A stretch of DNA of 63,927 nucleotides, counting the filler, from Folioceros fuciformis (taxonomy: Eukaryota), in the NCBI GenBank assembly GCA_049999805.1. It is 8 parts of 8 records of this genome, joined end to end, with 100 filler letters (N's around TTAATTAATTAA, not from the genome) between each part and the next. Parts side by side here need not be neighbours in the genome. Positions count along the whole stretch, not along the records: positions 57,701 to 63,927 come from JBNGIO010004113.1; 7 more parts are not named here. One strand, 5' to 3'. Below are positions 60,786 to 63,927 of the stretch, piece after piece. A model generated the notes under the pieces. The model searched no databases. It saw only the letters and a program-made list of their open reading frames with translations, and was not told the DNA's origin. Position numbers and translations under genes: made by a program. Within the stretch, counting starts at the first letter, position 1. Every line of letters starts with the position of its first letter.

Positions 60786-61937
60786 GTCAGGAGGGGTAAA
60801 GGAGAAGGAGGTGCGTTGGGCTTGTAGCAAACCAGGACATATTGAGGCTGGATGCTGGCGCCGCGACTTGCCCAGGCCAACTAGCCAATGCCACTAGCCG
60901 ACCCTCGGCCTCCATATCCAGCCCGGGAGCCAACCACCAGCCTTGGCCTCCCAGATTCCCTGCCGCCCAGCAGGGCCATCCAGGTTGTCTGGCTAGATCC
61001 CCTGCAGCCGATCCGCCAGCCAGCCCTCCTACCAGCCTATTGCCGGCCGCTTGCCCAGAGGCCGCAAGCTGGCTCCTGCCATCTGAATCCGGCCAGATCC
61101 AGGCCACCACCCTGGATCCCGCCGGTCTGCTAATCTGGCCACCTGTGCTCTGGTGATCCCTATCCACCCGATGCACCAGGGCAGCGTCCCGACACCTCCA
61201 TCTTCGTCCCCAGCTTCCACTAGCAACAGCTAGAGGACCCCCCGCTCGCCTTCCATGACGTCCCAGGGTTTCCTATTCCTCCGTTACCTTATCCTGAGGA
61301 ACCAGAGCCCGTGTCCTATCTACCACACAACCTACCCTATTGACTCACCATAAATCTAGCTACTATTCTAACCTAATCTCCCAACCTTTCCTCTACAACA
61401 CTCACTCATAGACCCAAAAAAAAGAAAACCTATCATTTCCCAGGGGTCTATTCAGCATGTGGAGTCCACACACATTCAATGGATTTGCTCTTGAGCTGGT
61501 ACTGATAAAACACTGGCGCAGACCCAATGATGCTGGGATCCTAGGTGCAACAACCTCTGAAGTGTTAAGCATGATTAACGTTGATATTAATTAGTGCTAA
61601 TCCAGCTTATTGAGTTTGTACTAATTAGTGGTAAGAGTGATTAAGGTTATGATTAATATATATATATAGCTTATTAGACTTTGCTATGTTGGGCAAAAGA
61701 AGTATTGTAGGGTTTGGTTGGGGTCATTTATCCCACATTGGGCACGAAATGAGAGTGCCACCCATAGGTCCATAAAAGAAGGGATGAACCCACTTAGTAT
61801 ATGTAGTCTAACTCCCTCTTCACTTGTATTGTGTTGTTTTTGTAATTCTCCTTTTTATTTGAGTTTAAGAACCTTGTTATAGTGCTCTTAGTTTTGGGAT
61901 TCTGCATCTTGCTTCAACTAACTTGTTTTAACCTCCT

Positions 61938-62222
61938 TTGAGCATGGCGGGGGTGACATCTCAACATGAAGCTGTATGGGGGAGAGAATTAAGAATCGCA
62001 ACATCTGTAGACAATGGGAAGCAGGTATTACGGGTAACACGAGTAACACGAGAGCTAATTCAAATAGAATTCAAAACAGGTACACCAGATAGATGCATGA
62101 GACGAGTGCACTATCTTGTGTCAAAGGTAGAGAACTATGATGTCTTGCTTGGGGCTGATGCGACACATGGCCTCGCAATGGGGGTGGACCCATTACATGT
62201 TAGGAATGAAACCCTGACATAG
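61938..62222 (+). mobile_element. Retrotransposon aspartic protease-like remnant
   Basis: ...HYLV...NYDVLLGAD resembles the protease C-terminal YD.ILG.D motif. Confidence 0.45.
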
Positions 62223-62353
62223 TTTATACCCTAATTTCTAGACTAGAGGTTAATTACATAACTCAAAAGACATATTCAGTTTTGTACTTGAAAGACACTT
62301 TCCTTTTATTAACTAATGCTTTTCTTACAAGCACGCTTTGACATTTATTAGCA

Positions 62354-62365
62354 TGGTATCAGAGC
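62354..62365 (+). promoter_or_regulatory. LTR-retrotransposon primer-binding site (tRNA-iMet)
   Basis: CA|TGGTATCAGAGC: the canonical plant PBS immediately after a putative LTR end. Confidence 0.85.
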
Positions 62366-63572
62366 ACAAGCTCTACTAATCCACCTAATTGATTCTAGGA
62401 TGCTATAGACATACATGATTTATCTAACCACATAATACACAAATCTCTCTCTTAGAAATGTGTGATTGTGTGACTATTAATTCATCTTTGCCTGCACTCT
62501 AGAGATCATTAGTATTCTCTAAAAATAAAAAATGGATATGTAAATGAGTCTGTAGCATTTGCAAATGATGCGAAGACTTGGACGACAGCTTGAGGAGTCT
62601 TCATCACAATATGTGAACAGACAACACAGGAGTCAAACACACCAAGGTAAATCATCGCTTTGTGCATCGGTTTCCTCAAGGCCAACAAAGTCTGTGGGCA
62701 TCTCCTCCACCTGTGAGCAGGTCCCATCAGCTCAATTTGGGGGAAAGAGCTCCATCTACACTCCCCTACAATACCCATGGTAGACCAAGACGGTCAGACT
62801 CACCGACGTATTCAAATACTAACGGAGGGTTCAATACCCTTGATTCCTTGGTTGAATTCAAGCTGGAGGCTTTGCGTTCTAGCGTCACCAGCTCAAAGGG
62901 ATCAATAATTATGCAAATCCGTCGATAGCAATCCTTACTGTTGCAGCAGGGTGAGCGCATGATTGTGGTTCAAACCCTGCTTCACGGTATACAGAATTCT
63001 CTCTCCTTGCTATCGGAGAGACTAGAGCACCTAGAGATTAGATCTGCGTCTACTTCAATGCCGCAGGTACATCAGGTCGCCACCAATCTGCCAATTTTGC
63101 TGCACACACGCGAGGATTCCACCATGGCGCCAAAGTGTGGGCAATCAGATTTGTAAAGGCGAGGCGCTACGGGATCCTCTGCTCCAGATTAGAGGGGGGT
63201 CACGCGAGTGGCTTGCAGGCATAGTGTTGGAGGCACTTAGGTAGACTTCAATCGATGTTCTTCGCCAGGTTGACGGTTGATGAGTCCAGACACCTGTCAC
63301 AGTTTCACTTTCACCTGCAACGCTTCATGTTAGTCTAAATACTTTAGTACCTAACCCGAAGGGCAGCATTCTAGAAACGTCACTTACCTCCTTTAGATGT
63401 CATTTCGCTTTCTCCCATGTCGTTTGGCTTAAGTTGGTTGTGTGCGGACGCAGATAGTGATCTAGATGAGGACTTAGCAACATAACGTGCTTTTGTACAA
63501 TCCCTGCAATCTCAATTTCCTGCATTCATTCTCCCTCCACACTTAGCTACCCAAGGAGCACCTGTCACCAAT

Positions 63573-63927
63573 ATGGCTACTACTCCTAGACCTGGCAACT
63601 ATGCTGGAGAGTTCAAAGAGAAAGACCTTTTCGACGGCAACTCTGTGAACTATGAAAGCTGGAGAGCACGAATGCAAGCTTACCTGAATGCCCGTGATGT
63701 GTGGGAATTTGTTGATGGCACTATCCCAAATCCGCACAATGTATCTGCTACAGCAGCAGTTCAATCTACAGCAGATGAAAAGGCGAAATGGGACAAAGGA
63801 AACAAAGTGGCGTTCGCTATCTTGCTGTCTAGGCTGGATGCCACAACAATAATTGAGGTTGAGTTCCTGGCCACAGCAATTGAGGTCTGGACTCACCTCA
63901 AAGACACATACAAGGTGCAGAATGTCT
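63573..63927 (+). mobile_element. Ty1/Copia gag N-terminus (runs off the window)
   Basis: MATTPRPG...FDGNSVNYESWRARMQAYLNARDVWEFVDG...W..GN..A..IL...TAIEVWTHLKDTY. Absent from the ORF track because it lacks a stop. Confidence 0.88.

Overview
Eukaryotic nuclear DNA from a non-seed land plant. The PLS-class PPR motif style, WW-type PG box and short GT-AG introns point to a hornwort, lycophyte or fern; this is inference. The window is not one locus: it is about eight short scaffolds joined by 100-nt N-TTAATTAATTAA-N spacers, with further internal N gaps. It contains three large PLS-E-type PPR RNA-editing-factor genes, all with absent or dead DYW deaminase domains, and two PPR pseudogene fragments. 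Other genes: a kinesin-light-chain-related TPR gene, a DUF3685-like gene, a COX-X3-like small mitochondrial protein, a NUDT1-like Nudix hydrolase, a 'GQSYIQ'-ending hydrophilic protein, tRNA-Leu(CAG), POP5 and a B-lectin fragment. There are many transposon remnants (Copia, Gypsy, LINE, Harbinger, pogo) and several 38-47-bp tandem arrays. Two unusual domain fusions stand out. (1) A nine-exon gene model (51478-53903) splices the intact N-terminal tRNA-binding appendage of glutaminyl-tRNA synthetase in frame to a MIZU-KUSSEI1/DUF617 domain. (2) A PPR editing-factor-like protein (about 43004-46726) carries an N-terminal PDF motif, the ssDNA-binding motif of organellar OSB proteins.
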